Shown here piece by piece: positions 1 through 8,382 of a stretch of 37,935 nt of DNA. Below the pieces are notes generated by a model that had not been told where the DNA came from, ran no database searches, and saw nothing but the letters and a program-made list of their open reading frames with translations. The translations under genes and the position numbers were made by a program. Source of the DNA: an uncultured Dehalococcoidales bacterium (GTDB lineage Bacteria; Chloroflexota; Dehalococcoidia; GIF9; AB-539-J10); contig CAZQML010000220.1 of the NCBI GenBank assembly GCA_964594245.1, positions 1 through 37,935 on the forward strand. The letters run 5' to 3'. Position 1 is the first letter of the stretch; every line of letters begins with the position of its first letter.

Positions 1-1
1 G

Positions 2-415
2 ACTGTTGGGGCTGGAGAGCTAAGTAGCCAGGATAGGAAGCTCATTGAGGTCACGGAAGGCGCGCTGGAGGAGGGGTTGAGTCAGGCCCGTGAGGGAAAC
101 CATGTCGGCGATATCTCGGTGGCCGTCCAGAGCTATGTCGAGTCCAACGGACTGGCTGTTGTGCGCGAGTACACGGGGCACGGTGTAGGGCGCGATTTGC
201 ACGAGGAGCCACAGATTCCGAATTTTGAGTGTGGCAAGGGCCCTCTTCTGCGGAAAGGGATGACGATTGCGGTCGAGCCGATGGTGACGAACGGCGGATG
301 GAGGACAAAGGTGGCGAGCAACAAGTGGACTGTGCTCACGACTGACGGGAGTTCGTCTGCTCACTTCGAGCACAGCATCGGAATCACGGACGGCGCGCCC
401 GAGGTATTCGCGTAG
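2..415 (+). CDS. map: Methionine aminopeptidase type I, C-terminal part (5' end cut by window edge)
   Basis: The frame is open from nt 2 with no upstream stop. The translation ...[22 protein letters not shown]...[10 protein letters not shown]...[11 protein letters not shown] matches the metal-binding C-terminal half of MetAP-I. It sits in the canonical position just before infA. Confidence 0.9.
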   Translation, partial: TVGAGELSSQDRKLIEVTEGALEEGLSQAREGNHVGDISVAVQSYVESNGLAVVREYTGHGVGRDLHEEPQIPNFECGKGPLLRKGMTIAVEPMVTNGGWRTKVASNKWTVLTTDGSSSAHFEHSIGITDGAPEVFA

Positions 416-425
416 GTCTTGGGGC

Positions 426-644
426 ATGGTTAAGAAAGAGAAGATTGAAGTAGAGGGTAAGGTGACGGTATGCCTTCCGAATACGATGTTCCGGGTGGAG
501 TTGGCGAACGGTCACCTGGTGGTTGCCCACATTTCGGGCAAGATGCGGAAGCACTATATCAAGATTCTCCCTGGTGACCGCGTGCTTGTGGAGTTGTCAC
601 CCTACGACCTCAGTCGCGGTCGTGTGACCTACCGCCTCAAGTAG
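426..644 (+). CDS. infA: Translation initiation factor IF-1
   Basis: 72 aa with an S1-fold IF-1 sequence ([55 protein letters not shown]). Confidence 0.95.
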   Translation: MVKKEKIEVEGKVTVCLPNTMFRVELANGHLVVAHISGKMRKHYIKILPGDRVLVELSPYDLSRGRVTYRLK

Positions 645-654
645 TCATGCCCTT

Positions 655-683
655 TTGACACGTACGGGCCAATCGTCTATTAT
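655..683 (+). promoter_or_regulatory. Candidate sigma70 promoter for rpmJ-rpsM-rpsK-rpsD-rpoA-rplQ
   Basis: TTGACA (655-660), 17-nt spacer, TATTAT (678-683), read by eye in the infA-rpmJ gap. Confidence 0.45.
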
Positions 684-708
684 AGTAAGGTTTGTGTGGT
701 GAACATCA

Positions 709-822
709 ATGAAAGTAAGTTCGTCTGTTAAGCGGCGCTGCAGCAAGTGCAAGATTATCCGCAGGCGCGGTGTAGTGAGAGTGCTGTGCGAGAACCCCAG
801 ACACAAGCAGAGGCAGGGATAG
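709..822 (+). CDS. rpmJ: 50S ribosomal protein L36
   Basis: Absent from the ORF track because it is under 60 aa. ATG at 709, TAG at 820-822. The 37-aa product [37 protein letters not shown] carries the L36 CxxC..C..H zinc motif. Canonical position between infA and rpsM. Confidence 0.9.
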   Translation: MKVSSSVKRRCSKCKIIRRRGVVRVLCENPRHKQRQG

Positions 823-862
823 GTCTCTGTATCTCAGTCCATCCTGTCAGAGGAGCTGAACT

Positions 863-1252
863 ATGGCCCGTATCTCCGGTGTAGATTTGCCAAGAGACAA
901 GCACGTTGTCATTGGCCTGCAGTACATCTTTGGCATCGGCCCCGCGTCGAGCAAGAAGATCCTCGAGACGGCTGGTGTCCCGTTGGATGTGAAGGACAAG
1001 GACCTGAGCGAGGAGCAAGTCGGTAGGATCCGCGGTGTGATGGACCGCGATTTCAGAGTTGAAGGTGATCTGCGCCGTGAGGTGCAGTCCAATATCAGAC
1101 GCCTCATCGACATCGGGTCGATGCGTGGCCTCAGACACAAGCGGAATCTACCTGTTCATGGACAGCGCACGAAGACTAATGCTCGAACCCGGCGTGGCAC
1201 GAAGAAGACCGTTGCGGGCAGAGGCCAGAGGCGCGGCATGTCCAAGAAGTAA
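863..1252 (+). CDS. rpsM: 30S ribosomal protein S13
   Basis: 129 aa, [26 protein letters not shown]... is a typical S13 N-terminus, with a basic C-terminal tail. Confidence 0.95.
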   Translation: MARISGVDLPRDKHVVIGLQYIFGIGPASSKKILETAGVPLDVKDKDLSEEQVGRIRGVMDRDFRVEGDLRREVQSNIRRLIDIGSMRGLRHKRNLPVHGQRTKTNARTRRGTKKTVAGRGQRRGMSKK

Positions 1253-1275
1253 GCAGTTATTTCGAGTGAGGAAAG

Positions 1276-1671
1276 ATGGCAAAGAAGGCAGCGAAGGGAA
1301 GGACTAGGAAGCGCGCGCGCCGCAATATCGCGGAAGGCAAGGCCTTCATACAGTCGACCTTCAACAACACTATAGTGACCATTACCGACCCCAGCGGCAG
1401 TGTTATTGCGTGGGGCAGTTCGGGCAAGTCCGGATTCAAGGGATCGAGGAAGGGCACGCCGTATGCGGCTCAGCTATCCTCCCAGGATGCGGCGCGCCAG
1501 GCCCTGAATGATGGCATGCGGCGGGTCGAAGTCTACGTCAAGGGACCGGGTAGTGGTCGAGAGGCAGCCATCAGATCTCTTCAGGGGGCCGGGCTCTTCG
1601 TGACCAGCATTAGAGACGTGACCCCCATTCCACATGATGGTTGTCGCCCCAGGGGCAGGAGGAGGGTGTAG
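1276..1671 (+). CDS. rpsK: 30S ribosomal protein S11
   Basis: 131 aa. The stretch ..[44 protein letters not shown].. matches S11. Confidence 0.95.
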   Translation: MAKKAAKGRTRKRARRNIAEGKAFIQSTFNNTIVTITDPSGSVIAWGSSGKSGFKGSRKGTPYAAQLSSQDAARQALNDGMRRVEVYVKGPGSGREAAIRSLQGAGLFVTSIRDVTPIPHDGCRPRGRRRV

Positions 1672-1674
1672 GCT

Positions 1675-2304
1675 ATGGCGCGGTATACTGGCCCCAAGTG
1701 TTCTCAGTGTCGCTACTTGGGCGACAAGCTCATGCTCAAGGGAGACAAGTGCACCAGCTCGAAGTGTCCCTTCGAGCGGAGAAGCAATGTCCCCCCCGGA
1801 GGTCGCTCCCGGATGCGACGCCGGATATCGGACCGCGGTCTACAGCTGAGAGAGAAACAGAAAGTGCGCTTCATCTACGGAGTGCTTGAGGCGCAGTTCC
1901 GTCGTTTCCTCGCCGAGGCAGAGCGGCTGCCCGGGATGACCGGCGACAATATGCTTATTCTTCTTGAGCGACGCCTTGACAACGTGGTCTATAGGCTTGG
2001 CTTCGGAGATTCGAGACAGCAGGCACGACAGATAGTCCGTCATCGCCATATTCGTGTGAATGGCCGGCGTGTCGATGTACCGTCGTTCCTGGTCAAGGCC
2101 GGTGATGAGATTAGCTGGCGGGACCAGAGTGCCAAGACAGAGTTGTACAAGGCCATTGCCCAACAGGTGCAGAGCCGAAACGTGCCCGCGTGGCTCAGGC
2201 TTGAGGAACAGCAGATGAGGGGTGTGGTGGTTAGCCTGCCGACCAGCGAGGACATCGACAGCAGGCTCAGTGGTAAGGCTGTTGTCGAGTACTACTCGAG
2301 GTAG
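1675..2304 (+). CDS. rpsD: 30S ribosomal protein S4
   Basis: 209 aa, MARYTGPKCSQCRYLG.. is an S4 N-terminus with a zinc-ribbon-like Cys cluster, followed by an S4 RNA-binding domain (LDNVVYRLGF..SRQQARQIVRHRHIRVNG). Confidence 0.95.
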   Translation: MARYTGPKCSQCRYLGDKLMLKGDKCTSSKCPFERRSNVPPGGRSRMRRRISDRGLQLREKQKVRFIYGVLEAQFRRFLAEAERLPGMTGDNMLILLERRLDNVVYRLGFGDSRQQARQIVRHRHIRVNGRRVDVPSFLVKAGDEISWRDQSAKTELYKAIAQQVQSRNVPAWLRLEEQQMRGVVVSLPTSEDIDSRLSGKAVVEYYSR

Positions 2305-2322
2305 TGAGAGGGAGGGTGTGCA

Positions 2323-3270
2323 GTGAGTGAGATTTCCATCCCGGTTGTATCGTGTGCCCACTCCGCAGGAGTGTACGGGAGGTTCTCCGCCGAGCCTTTG
2401 GAGATGGGCTTCGGAGTGACTCTCGGCAACGCGATGCGTCGCGTTCTTCTGAGTTCTCTCCCCGGTGCGGCCGTTACATGGATCAAGATTGAAGGCGTTC
2501 AGCACGAGTTCTCGGTCATCCCTCATGTGAGAGAGGATGTGATGGAACTGCTGTTGAACGTCAAGGAATTGAGATTGCGTCCTGTGACGCACCAGGAAGG
2601 GACGTTGTTCCTCGATGTCGAGGGCGAGGGTGCGGTCTGCGCGGCGGATGTGCAGGCGTCGACGGACTTCGAGGTTGTCAATCCCGACCTGAGCCTGGCC
2701 AACATGGACTCCGCTGAGGCGAAGCTGCATATTGAGTTTCACGTTGAGTTGGGCAAGGGCTACGTCCCGGCTATCTCGGCCGATGGCCTGCCCGTCGGGG
2801 CGTTGCCGGTCGATGCAGTCTATTCTCCTGTGAGGAAGGCCAATTTCGCGGTTGAATCCATCAACCCGGGTGAGGAACGGAGTCCTGAGCGGCTTGTTAT
2901 CGAGATTTGGACGGATGGCGCGGTTACCCCATGGGAAGCTGTGACTCAAAGTGCCGATATCCTCATGAGGGAGTTTGCCGCGTTCAAGGGCGTCGAGGCC
3001 CCGTCGGTCGAGCAGGCGCGTGCAGTGTCCGGGCTCGCGATATCCCCGGAGCAGTACAACACGGCGCTGGCGGATGCCGGCCTGTCGACTCGTGCCCACA
3101 ACAGCCTGCGTCGTGGCGGCGTATTGACCCTCGGGCAGCTGATTGAGAAGACCAGGGAGGGCTTGCCGCCGCTGCCTGGCTTCGGGGAGAAATCCCAGAC
3201 AGAAGTGCAGGAATTGCTCACTGGCTTGGGGTACCCGATTCCGGACAAGAAAAAGGGGAAAGCCAAGTGA
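2323..3270 (+). CDS. rpoA: DNA-directed RNA polymerase alpha subunit
   Basis: 315 aa with a GTG start preceded by GAGGGAGGG. The N-terminal domain motif is ..EPLEMGFGVTLGNAMRRVLLSSLPGAAV.. and the C-terminal domain motif is LSTRAHNSLRRGGVLTLGQL. Confidence 0.95.
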   Translation: MSEISIPVVSCAHSAGVYGRFSAEPLEMGFGVTLGNAMRRVLLSSLPGAAVTWIKIEGVQHEFSVIPHVREDVMELLLNVKELRLRPVTHQEGTLFLDVEGEGAVCAADVQASTDFEVVNPDLSLANMDSAEAKLHIEFHVELGKGYVPAISADGLPVGALPVDAVYSPVRKANFAVESINPGEERSPERLVIEIWTDGAVTPWEAVTQSADILMREFAAFKGVEAPSVEQARAVSGLAISPEQYNTALADAGLSTRAHNSLRRGGVLTLGQLIEKTREGLPPLPGFGEKSQTEVQELLTGLGYPIPDKKKGKAK

Positions 3271-3620
3271 GACACCGGGTTTCAGGAAGAAAGCTGGACA
3301 GGCGGAGCGAACATCGGCTGGCCATGTTCAGAAGTCAGGTGGCCGTACTTCTTGATCGCGAGAAGATGGTTACGACAGTCGCCAAGGCGAAGGAAGTGAA
3401 AGGGCTCGCGGAGCGTGTGATTACGCTCGGCAAGACGGGCGACCTCGCGTCGAGACGCCGCGCATTGCAGTTCGTGACGCAGGACCGGATTGTGAAGAAA
3501 GTGTTCGACGACTTGGCGCGCAGATATGCGAATCGGCCGGGCGGCTACGTGCGTCTGCTTCGGATTGGGATCCGACAAGGCGACGCTGCCGAGATGGCCC
3601 AGCTTGAGCTTGTTGAGTAG
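3267..3620 (+). CDS. rplQ: 50S ribosomal protein L17
   Basis: 117 aa, MRHRVSGRKLDRRSEHRLAMFRS.. is an L17 N-terminus. The GTG start overlaps the rpoA stop. Confidence 0.95.
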   Translation: MRHRVSGRKLDRRSEHRLAMFRSQVAVLLDREKMVTTVAKAKEVKGLAERVITLGKTGDLASRRRALQFVTQDRIVKKVFDDLARRYANRPGGYVRLLRIGIRQGDAAEMAQLELVE

Positions 3621-4387
3621 TGGGGCTGCACAAGGTCGCTGCGCTGATTGAGTACGACGGAGCTTCGTTCCGTGGGTTCCAGTGGCAGAAGAGCGACCGC
3701 ACGGTGCAGTCTGAGTTGGAATGTGCCCTGCAGAAGTTGAGCGGCCCCTGCGGGAGAGTGCAGGGTGCAAGCAGAACGGATGCGGGTGTCCATGCTCGAG
3801 GTCAGGTTGTGGCTTTCTGGGTGCGTGATGACCTGGACGCCGCTACGATTGTGAGAGGAATGAACTATTACTTGCCGAAGGATGTGGCGTTGAAAGGCGC
3901 CTGTGGCATTGACGCGGACTTCGATGTGCGGCGAAGAGCCGTGTCGCGTCAGTATTGCTATACAATCCTGGACAGCGGGACGCGTTCACCTCTGTATGAG
4001 AGGATCGCGCTCAGGGTCAGGGATACGCTGGACGTGAGACGAATGCGTGCGGCCTGCAGATTGTTGCAGGGAGTGCATGACTTCGCCGCTTTTGCGACAT
4101 CGCTCGACGAACCGGAAGCGAGCACCGTGCGATTCGTGCACGAGGCTCGTGTTCTTCGGACCGCCGAACTTGTTGAGTTCTGGATGACCGCGAACGCTTT
4201 CTTGCGGCACCAGGTTCGGAACACGGTGGGACTGCTGGTACGCGTCGGCCTTGGCAAGACCAGCGTTGAGGAGTTTGGGGCGCTGATTGATGGTGGTAGG
4301 CAGGGAGTGGCGGGGCCCGCTGCGGTTGGGAGAGGGCTGTGCCTTGTGGAAGTGAGCTACGAGCCACCATTGGCCTTTGCGGCGTAA
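3620..4387 (+). CDS. truA: tRNA pseudouridine(38-40) synthase TruA
   Basis: 255 aa. Contains ..[14 protein letters not shown].. and the catalytic-Asp motif [15 protein letters not shown]. The GTG start overlaps the rplQ stop. Confidence 0.9.
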   Translation: MGLHKVAALIEYDGASFRGFQWQKSDRTVQSELECALQKLSGPCGRVQGASRTDAGVHARGQVVAFWVRDDLDAATIVRGMNYYLPKDVALKGACGIDADFDVRRRAVSRQYCYTILDSGTRSPLYERIALRVRDTLDVRRMRAACRLLQGVHDFAAFATSLDEPEASTVRFVHEARVLRTAELVEFWMTANAFLRHQVRNTVGLLVRVGLGKTSVEEFGALIDGGRQGVAGPAAVGRGLCLVEVSYEPPLAFAA

Positions 4388-4415
4388 GATTGTGCTGTTG
4401 TTGGGAGTGAAATCA

Positions 4416-4850
4416 ATGCGAACGTATAGTCCGAAACTCAAGGAAATCAAGAGACAGTGGCATGTCATCGACGCCAATGGGAGGACTCTGGGAGAGATTG
4501 CAACGCAGGCGGCGGTGCTGCTTCGTGGCAAGCACAAGGCCATGTTTGCTCCGCATATCGATACCGGAGACTATGTCGTCGTTGTGAATGCGGCGAAGGT
4601 TGTGGTGACAGGGAAGAAGAGGAAGCAGAAGATGTACTATAGGCACTCCGGGTATCCCGGAGGGCTGAGAACTGAGGCATTTGAAGACGTGATGGCCAAG
4701 GATCCGCGACGTGTTGTTGAGCACGCCGTGAAGGGGATGCTCCCCAAGAACAGCCTTGGACACGCTATGTACAGGAAACTGCGAGTATATGCCGGAGGAG
4801 AGCATCCGCATGGTGGACAGCTGGTGCAGAAAGAGGGTAGCGGCCAATGA
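4416..4850 (+). CDS. rplM: 50S ribosomal protein L13
   Basis: The ORF opens at 4377, but ATG 4416 ([20 protein letters not shown]..) has a GGGAG Shine-Dalgarno upstream and gives the usual ~144-aa L13. Confidence 0.9.
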   Translation: MRTYSPKLKEIKRQWHVIDANGRTLGEIATQAAVLLRGKHKAMFAPHIDTGDYVVVVNAAKVVVTGKKRKQKMYYRHSGYPGGLRTEAFEDVMAKDPRRVVEHAVKGMLPKNSLGHAMYRKLRVYAGGEHPHGGQLVQKEGSGQ

Positions 4851-5242
4851 GTGATGCAGTATATGTGTGGGGCACCGGTCGACGGAAGTGTGCTGTGGCG
4901 CAGGTTCGATTGTACGCGGGCGAAGGCGAAATCACGGTGAACGGGAAACCGTACGATGTGTTCTTTCCTCGCGTTGATCACAGGATGATGGTTGAAGCAC
5001 CGCTGCGCGTGACCGACATGGTGGGCAAGTACCGCGTGGAGGTGAAAGTGATCGGTGGTGGCATCAGCGGGCAGGCAGGTGCGATCAGGCATGGGATTGC
5101 AAGAGCTCTTGTTCGTGAGAGCGAATCACGCAAACCCACTCTGCGCAAGGAAGGATTTCTGACTCGTGACCCGAGAGCCAAGGAGCGCAAGAAGTACGGA
5201 CTCCGGCGCGCTCGCAAGGCGAAGCAGTACACGAAGCGCTAA
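4847..5242 (+). CDS. rpsI: 30S ribosomal protein S9
   Basis: 131 aa with ATGA overlap onto rplM. The C-terminus ..[25 protein letters not shown] is typical S9. Confidence 0.95.
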   Translation: MSDAVYVWGTGRRKCAVAQVRLYAGEGEITVNGKPYDVFFPRVDHRMMVEAPLRVTDMVGKYRVEVKVIGGGISGQAGAIRHGIARALVRESESRKPTLRKEGFLTRDPRAKERKKYGLRRARKAKQYTKR

Positions 5243-5265
5243 CACGGCCATATCAAGGATTCTGT

Positions 5266-5298
5266 GGGGTGGCAGCTACGGTTGCCACCCCTTTTCTT
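5266..5298 (+). terminator. Rho-independent terminator of the ribosomal-protein operon
   Basis: 9-bp GC-rich stem GGGGTGGCA (5266-5274) / TGCCACCCC (5283-5291), 8-nt loop, then TTTTCTT (5292-5298). Confidence 0.7.
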
Positions 5299-5399
5299 GC
5301 TCCGACGGTCGATTGGGCTCCTGACGAAGGGGCGTCGCGCTGACTCTTGACGTGAGAGGGGGGGCATGGTGGTTCAGTGTGTGCGCACAGCGTGATGCG

Positions 5400-5428
5400 T
5401 TGAGCGCAGGGCCTCAATGGCGTAAGAT
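5400..5428 (+). promoter_or_regulatory. Candidate sigma70 promoter for the orphan gene pair
   Basis: TTGAGC (5400-5405), 17-nt spacer, TAAGAT (5423-5428), read by eye. Confidence 0.35.
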
Positions 5429-5431
5429 GAT

Positions 5432-5788
5432 GTGGTAGAAGGGGCTGTCCGCGAATCGCCGGCCATGAGGCGCTGCAAGTACATGACCGCAGAGTCAGGT
5501 AACTCGCTTGAAGTGGTGTTCACCCTGCATCTGGAGGGAGGCCGACTGGCCACTCACAGCTATGACTTGTCCGGCGAACAGGCACACGCAGACGAGTTGG
5601 CGCTTGGCGTAACGAAGATGCTCGTCAGGTCACTCGGGCCGAAAAGTGCCCTGGTGTTCCTGGAGCACCCGGTAGCAGTGTATCGAGCAGACAGGCTGGT
5701 GGGGTTCGACGTCAGTGTCAAGGGGTCGGGTGACCTGGTGGACAGCGCAGCGGAACTCGAGAAGAAACTGTCGTTTGTCAGGAGCTAG
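5432..5788 (+). CDS. Hypothetical protein (start uncertain: GTG 5432, ATG 5465 or ATG 5483)
   Basis: Open frame of 118 codons with no motif I recognise. The codon composition looks native. It lies downstream of the candidate promoter. Confidence 0.4.
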   Translation: MVEGAVRESPAMRRCKYMTAESGNSLEVVFTLHLEGGRLATHSYDLSGEQAHADELALGVTKMLVRSLGPKSALVFLEHPVAVYRADRLVGFDVSVKGSGDLVDSAAELEKKLSFVRS

Positions 5789-5898
5789 CCCGGTTCCAAT
5801 TGTCGGCGTCGACTCGGCACACGGAACGGACCGTGCCAGGCCCGTATCCCGAAAGCGGATGCAACGTCGCCCAAGCATTCGAGGAGGACTCGCGCAGC

Positions 5899-6189
5899 AT
5901 GGGAGTCAAGAAGCCCTGGCTCAGGTTCACCATGGAGAATGCCGAGAAGGCGCCGGACATCAAGGGTATCTATGAGATTGCCTATGTGACATCCGAGGGC
6001 AAGAGACTGTGGCGGCTTGGAACGGTTCCGAACCTGCGCAAGAGGCTTGTCACCCGCATCCATGAACCGCCGCCGCCGGAGAACTGCTACTTCAGGTACT
6101 TCGAGGCCGGGCTATCCGAAGACGTAGACGTGTTGCAGGGAAAGCTGTTTGACAGCTACAACGAACCGACTCGTGAGGCCTGGGAATAG
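5899..6189 (+). CDS. Small GIY-YIG-like domain protein (degenerate motif), 96 aa
   Basis: ATG 5899 is preceded by GAGGAGG (5881-5887); the ORF itself opens at 5800. The product has GIYEI (aa 23-27), LWRLGTVPNLRKRL (aa 37-50, in place of YIGxTxNLRxRL) and a later YFRYFEAG. Confidence 0.5.
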   Translation: MGVKKPWLRFTMENAEKAPDIKGIYEIAYVTSEGKRLWRLGTVPNLRKRLVTRIHEPPPPENCYFRYFEAGLSEDVDVLQGKLFDSYNEPTREAWE

Positions 6190-6289
6190 TAGTCTGAAGT
6201 CAGACACAGGCCGGGCTTCTGCGTGATAGGGCATTCGCCCGGCGATGGATTGACAGGGAAGACATGTGCTGCTCAGATATGAGAAAGAG

Positions 6290-6363
6290 TGGGCCATTGT
6301 GGACTCGAACCACAGACCCCGGTCTTATCAGGACCGTGCTCTAGCCGACTGAGCTAATGGCCC
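6290..6363 (-). tRNA. tRNA-Ile (anticodon GAU)
   Basis: The reverse complement GGGCCATTAGCTCAGTCGGCTAGAGCACGGTCCTGATAAGACCGGGGTCTGTGGTTCGAGTCCACAATGGCCCA folds as a cloverleaf: 7-bp acceptor stem, GCTC/GAGC D stem, CGGTC/GACCG anticodon stem with loop CTGATAA, and a TGTGG-TTCGAGT-CCACA T arm. CCA is not encoded. Confidence 0.9.
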
Positions 6364-6374
6364 AGAACCCCCAT

Positions 6375-6405
6375 ACTATAGCGCGTTCGGGGTACGTGCT
6401 GTCAA
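6375..6405 (-). promoter_or_regulatory. Candidate promoter for tRNA-Ile
   Basis: On the minus strand: TTGACA (6405-6400), a long 19-nt spacer, TATAGT (6380-6375). The -10 element ends 11 nt upstream of the tRNA 5' end. Confidence 0.3.
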
Positions 6406-6429
6406 GCTGACCGGCTCCATGCGGCTCTG

Positions 6430-6654
6430 TCAGCCTTCTTCAATCGAGACCAGGCTGTCGCCTATCTGAACGGTCGTGTCGGGCTTGGCCATTACCTCCG
6501 TCACCGTTCCGTCTATGGTCGCGACAATCTCGTTCTCCATCTTCATGGCCTCAATCGTGAGTAGCAAGTCTCCTTCCTTGACCTTGACCCCTGCGGAGAC
6601 CTTGACGCTTAGGATCTTGCCGGGAAGTGGGGAGGTAATCAGTTCCGTTGCCAT
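6430..6654 (-). CDS. mmdC: Biotin carboxyl-carrier (biotinyl domain only) subunit of the decarboxylase
   Basis: 74 aa with the biotinylation motif EAMKMENEI and the flanking hybrid-barrel pattern (SPLPGKILSVKV..GVKVKEGDLLL..). GGAGGA Shine-Dalgarno upstream. Confidence 0.85.
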   Translation of the reverse strand: MATELITSPLPGKILSVKVSAGVKVKEGDLLLTIEAMKMENEIVATIDGTVTEVMAKPDTTVQIGDSLVSIEEG

Positions 6655-6754
6655 CTGTCTGTGTTCCTCCTAAGTGTGATGTCTGGCTCCTGCTCGGCCA
6701 TGCCGCGTCGCGGACGGTGGACGGCGACCTGCCGCGGTGGCTTCTGCAGGCGCA

Positions 6755-8326
6755 CTAGAGCGGTATGTTCCCGTGCTTCTTGTCAGGATATGGCTCGCGC
6801 TTCGTCTCAAGGAGATCGAATGCCCGGGCCAGCTTGAATCTTGTATCCTTCGGATCAATCACGTCATCGACCGACCCTCGTTCGGCGGCACGGTAGGGAT
6901 TCGAGAACTGTTCCTTGTACTCCTGGATTCTCTGTGCCCTGAGTGCGTCGGGGTCGTCGGCGCTCTTGATTTCTCGAGCGAAGACTATCTCGGCGGCGCC
7001 GCTCGCCCCCATGACGGCAATCTCAGCCGAAGGATATGCCAGGACCATATCCGCACCCAGGTACTTTGAGCACATGCCGACATAGGCTCCGCCGTACGCC
7101 TTTCTGAGTATCAAGGTGACCTTTGGAACAGTCGCCTCGGAGTACACATACAGCAGCTTCGCGCCGTGGCGGATGATTCCTCCGTGCTCCTGGGCAGTCC
7201 CGGGCATGTAGCCCGGCACGTCGACCAGCGTCAGCAGGGGGATGTTGAAGCAATCGCAGAACCTGATGAACCGCGAGGCCTTGTCGGATGCATTGATGTC
7301 GAGGACTCCGGCCATGAACTTCGCCTGGTTCGCGATGATGCCGATGCTGCGTCCGCCGATGCGAGCGAATCCCACCACCATGTTTGGGGCGTACAGACGG
7401 TGCACCTCGAAGAAATGTCCGTCGTCCACGATTTTGGCGATGACATCCTTGACGTCGTAGGGCTTGTTCGCGTCGGCAGGAATCACATCACGCAACGAGA
7501 CGTCCTCCCTGTCCACGGGGTCCTCTGTGAGGACTGGAAGAGCCTCCTCCCTGTAGTTCTGAGGCATGTATGAGAGCAGTTCCTGTGCGGTGGCAATCGC
7601 CGCCTCATCGTCGCCGGCCAGAAAATGGGCAACGCCACTCCTCTGGTTGTGTACAAGACCGCCACCGAGTTGTTCGTGGGTCACTTCTTCCGAGAGGACG
7701 TCCTTCACGACCGCCGGGCCTGTGATGTACATCGTGCTCGACTTGCGCGTCATGATGATGAAGTCGGTGATGGCAGGCGAGTACACGGCGCCCCCGGCGG
7801 TGGGGCCAAGGACAATCGATATCTGTGGGATGACTCCCGACGAGCGAGAGTTGCGGAAGAATATCCGGCCGTAGCCGTCCAGCGAGTCGATGCCTTCTTG
7901 GATACGGGCGCCACCTGAGTCAAGCATGGCGATGCAAGGAATGCCCGCCTGGAGCGCAAGGTCCTGCATCCTCGCTATCTTGAGGGCGTGTATCTCACCC
8001 AGCGAACCGCCAAGCACTGTGAAGTCCTGAGAGTACACGGCAACCTTGCGTCCGGCGATGCGCCCCACTCCGGTGACGACTCCGTCTGCAGGCAGCTCCA
8101 TCTTGTCCAGGCCGTAGTAGACGGAGCGCGTCTTCATGAACTCGTCGTACTCGACGAACGAGCCCTTGTCCAGAAGCACGTCTATCCGTTCACGAGCTGT
8201 CAGTTTGCCTTTGGCATGCTGCGCCTCAATCCTCTGCTCGCCGCCGAGCTTACGAACCGCCGCGCGCTTCGCCTCGAGTTCGAGTTGTCTCTTCTGTCCC
8301 TCGTTGATCTCTTCCATCTCATTCAC
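6755..8326 (-). CDS. mmdA: Acyl-CoA carboxyltransferase subunit (methylmalonyl-CoA decarboxylase alpha / PccB family)
   Basis: 523 aa, the length and sequence style of the carboxyl_trans family (..GKLTARERIDVLLDKGSF.E.., ..AMLDSGGARIQEG.., ..GGAYVGM..). Its neighbours are the Na+-pump beta subunit and the biotin carrier. Confidence 0.85.
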   Translation of the reverse strand: MNEMEEINEGQKRQLELEAKRAAVRKLGGEQRIEAQHAKGKLTARERIDVLLDKGSFVEYDEFMKTRSVYYGLDKMELPADGVVTGVGRIAGRKVAVYSQDFTVLGGSLGEIHALKIARMQDLALQAGIPCIAMLDSGGARIQEGIDSLDGYGRIFFRNSRSSGVIPQISIVLGPTAGGAVYSPAITDFIIMTRKSSTMYITGPAVVKDVLSEEVTHEQLGGGLVHNQRSGVAHFLAGDDEAAIATAQELLSYMPQNYREEALPVLTEDPVDREDVSLRDVIPADANKPYDVKDVIAKIVDDGHFFEVHRLYAPNMVVGFARIGGRSIGIIANQAKFMAGVLDINASDKASRFIRFCDCFNIPLLTLVDVPGYMPGTAQEHGGIIRHGAKLLYVYSEATVPKVTLILRKAYGGAYVGMCSKYLGADMVLAYPSAEIAVMGASGAAEIVFAREIKSADDPDALRAQRIQEYKEQFSNPYRAAERGSVDDVIDPKDTRFKLARAFDLLETKREPYPDKKHGNIPL

Positions 8327-8382
8327 CTCTAGGTTCGTCGCATGTCAGCAGGCGCTGCGCGTAATTGGCTCGTTTGCATCTG

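Noticed and set aside
1840-3099. 419-aa ORF on the - strand
   Set aside because: It is antisense to rpsD and rpoA and is a compositional artefact.
5243-6290. Genomic island integrated at the 3' end of tRNA-Ile
   Set aside because: There is no integrase, no direct repeat of the tRNA 3' segment at the distal border, no obvious compositional shift, and only about 0.9 kb of DNA. It is kept only as a low-key observation on the two orphan genes.
6670-6858. 62-aa ORF spanning the gap between the carboxyltransferase and the biotin carrier (a possible missing delta subunit)
   Set aside because: It overlaps the 3' end of the carboxyltransferase gene out of frame. The product is Arg/Ser/Ala-rich with no TM helix or linker-like sequence.
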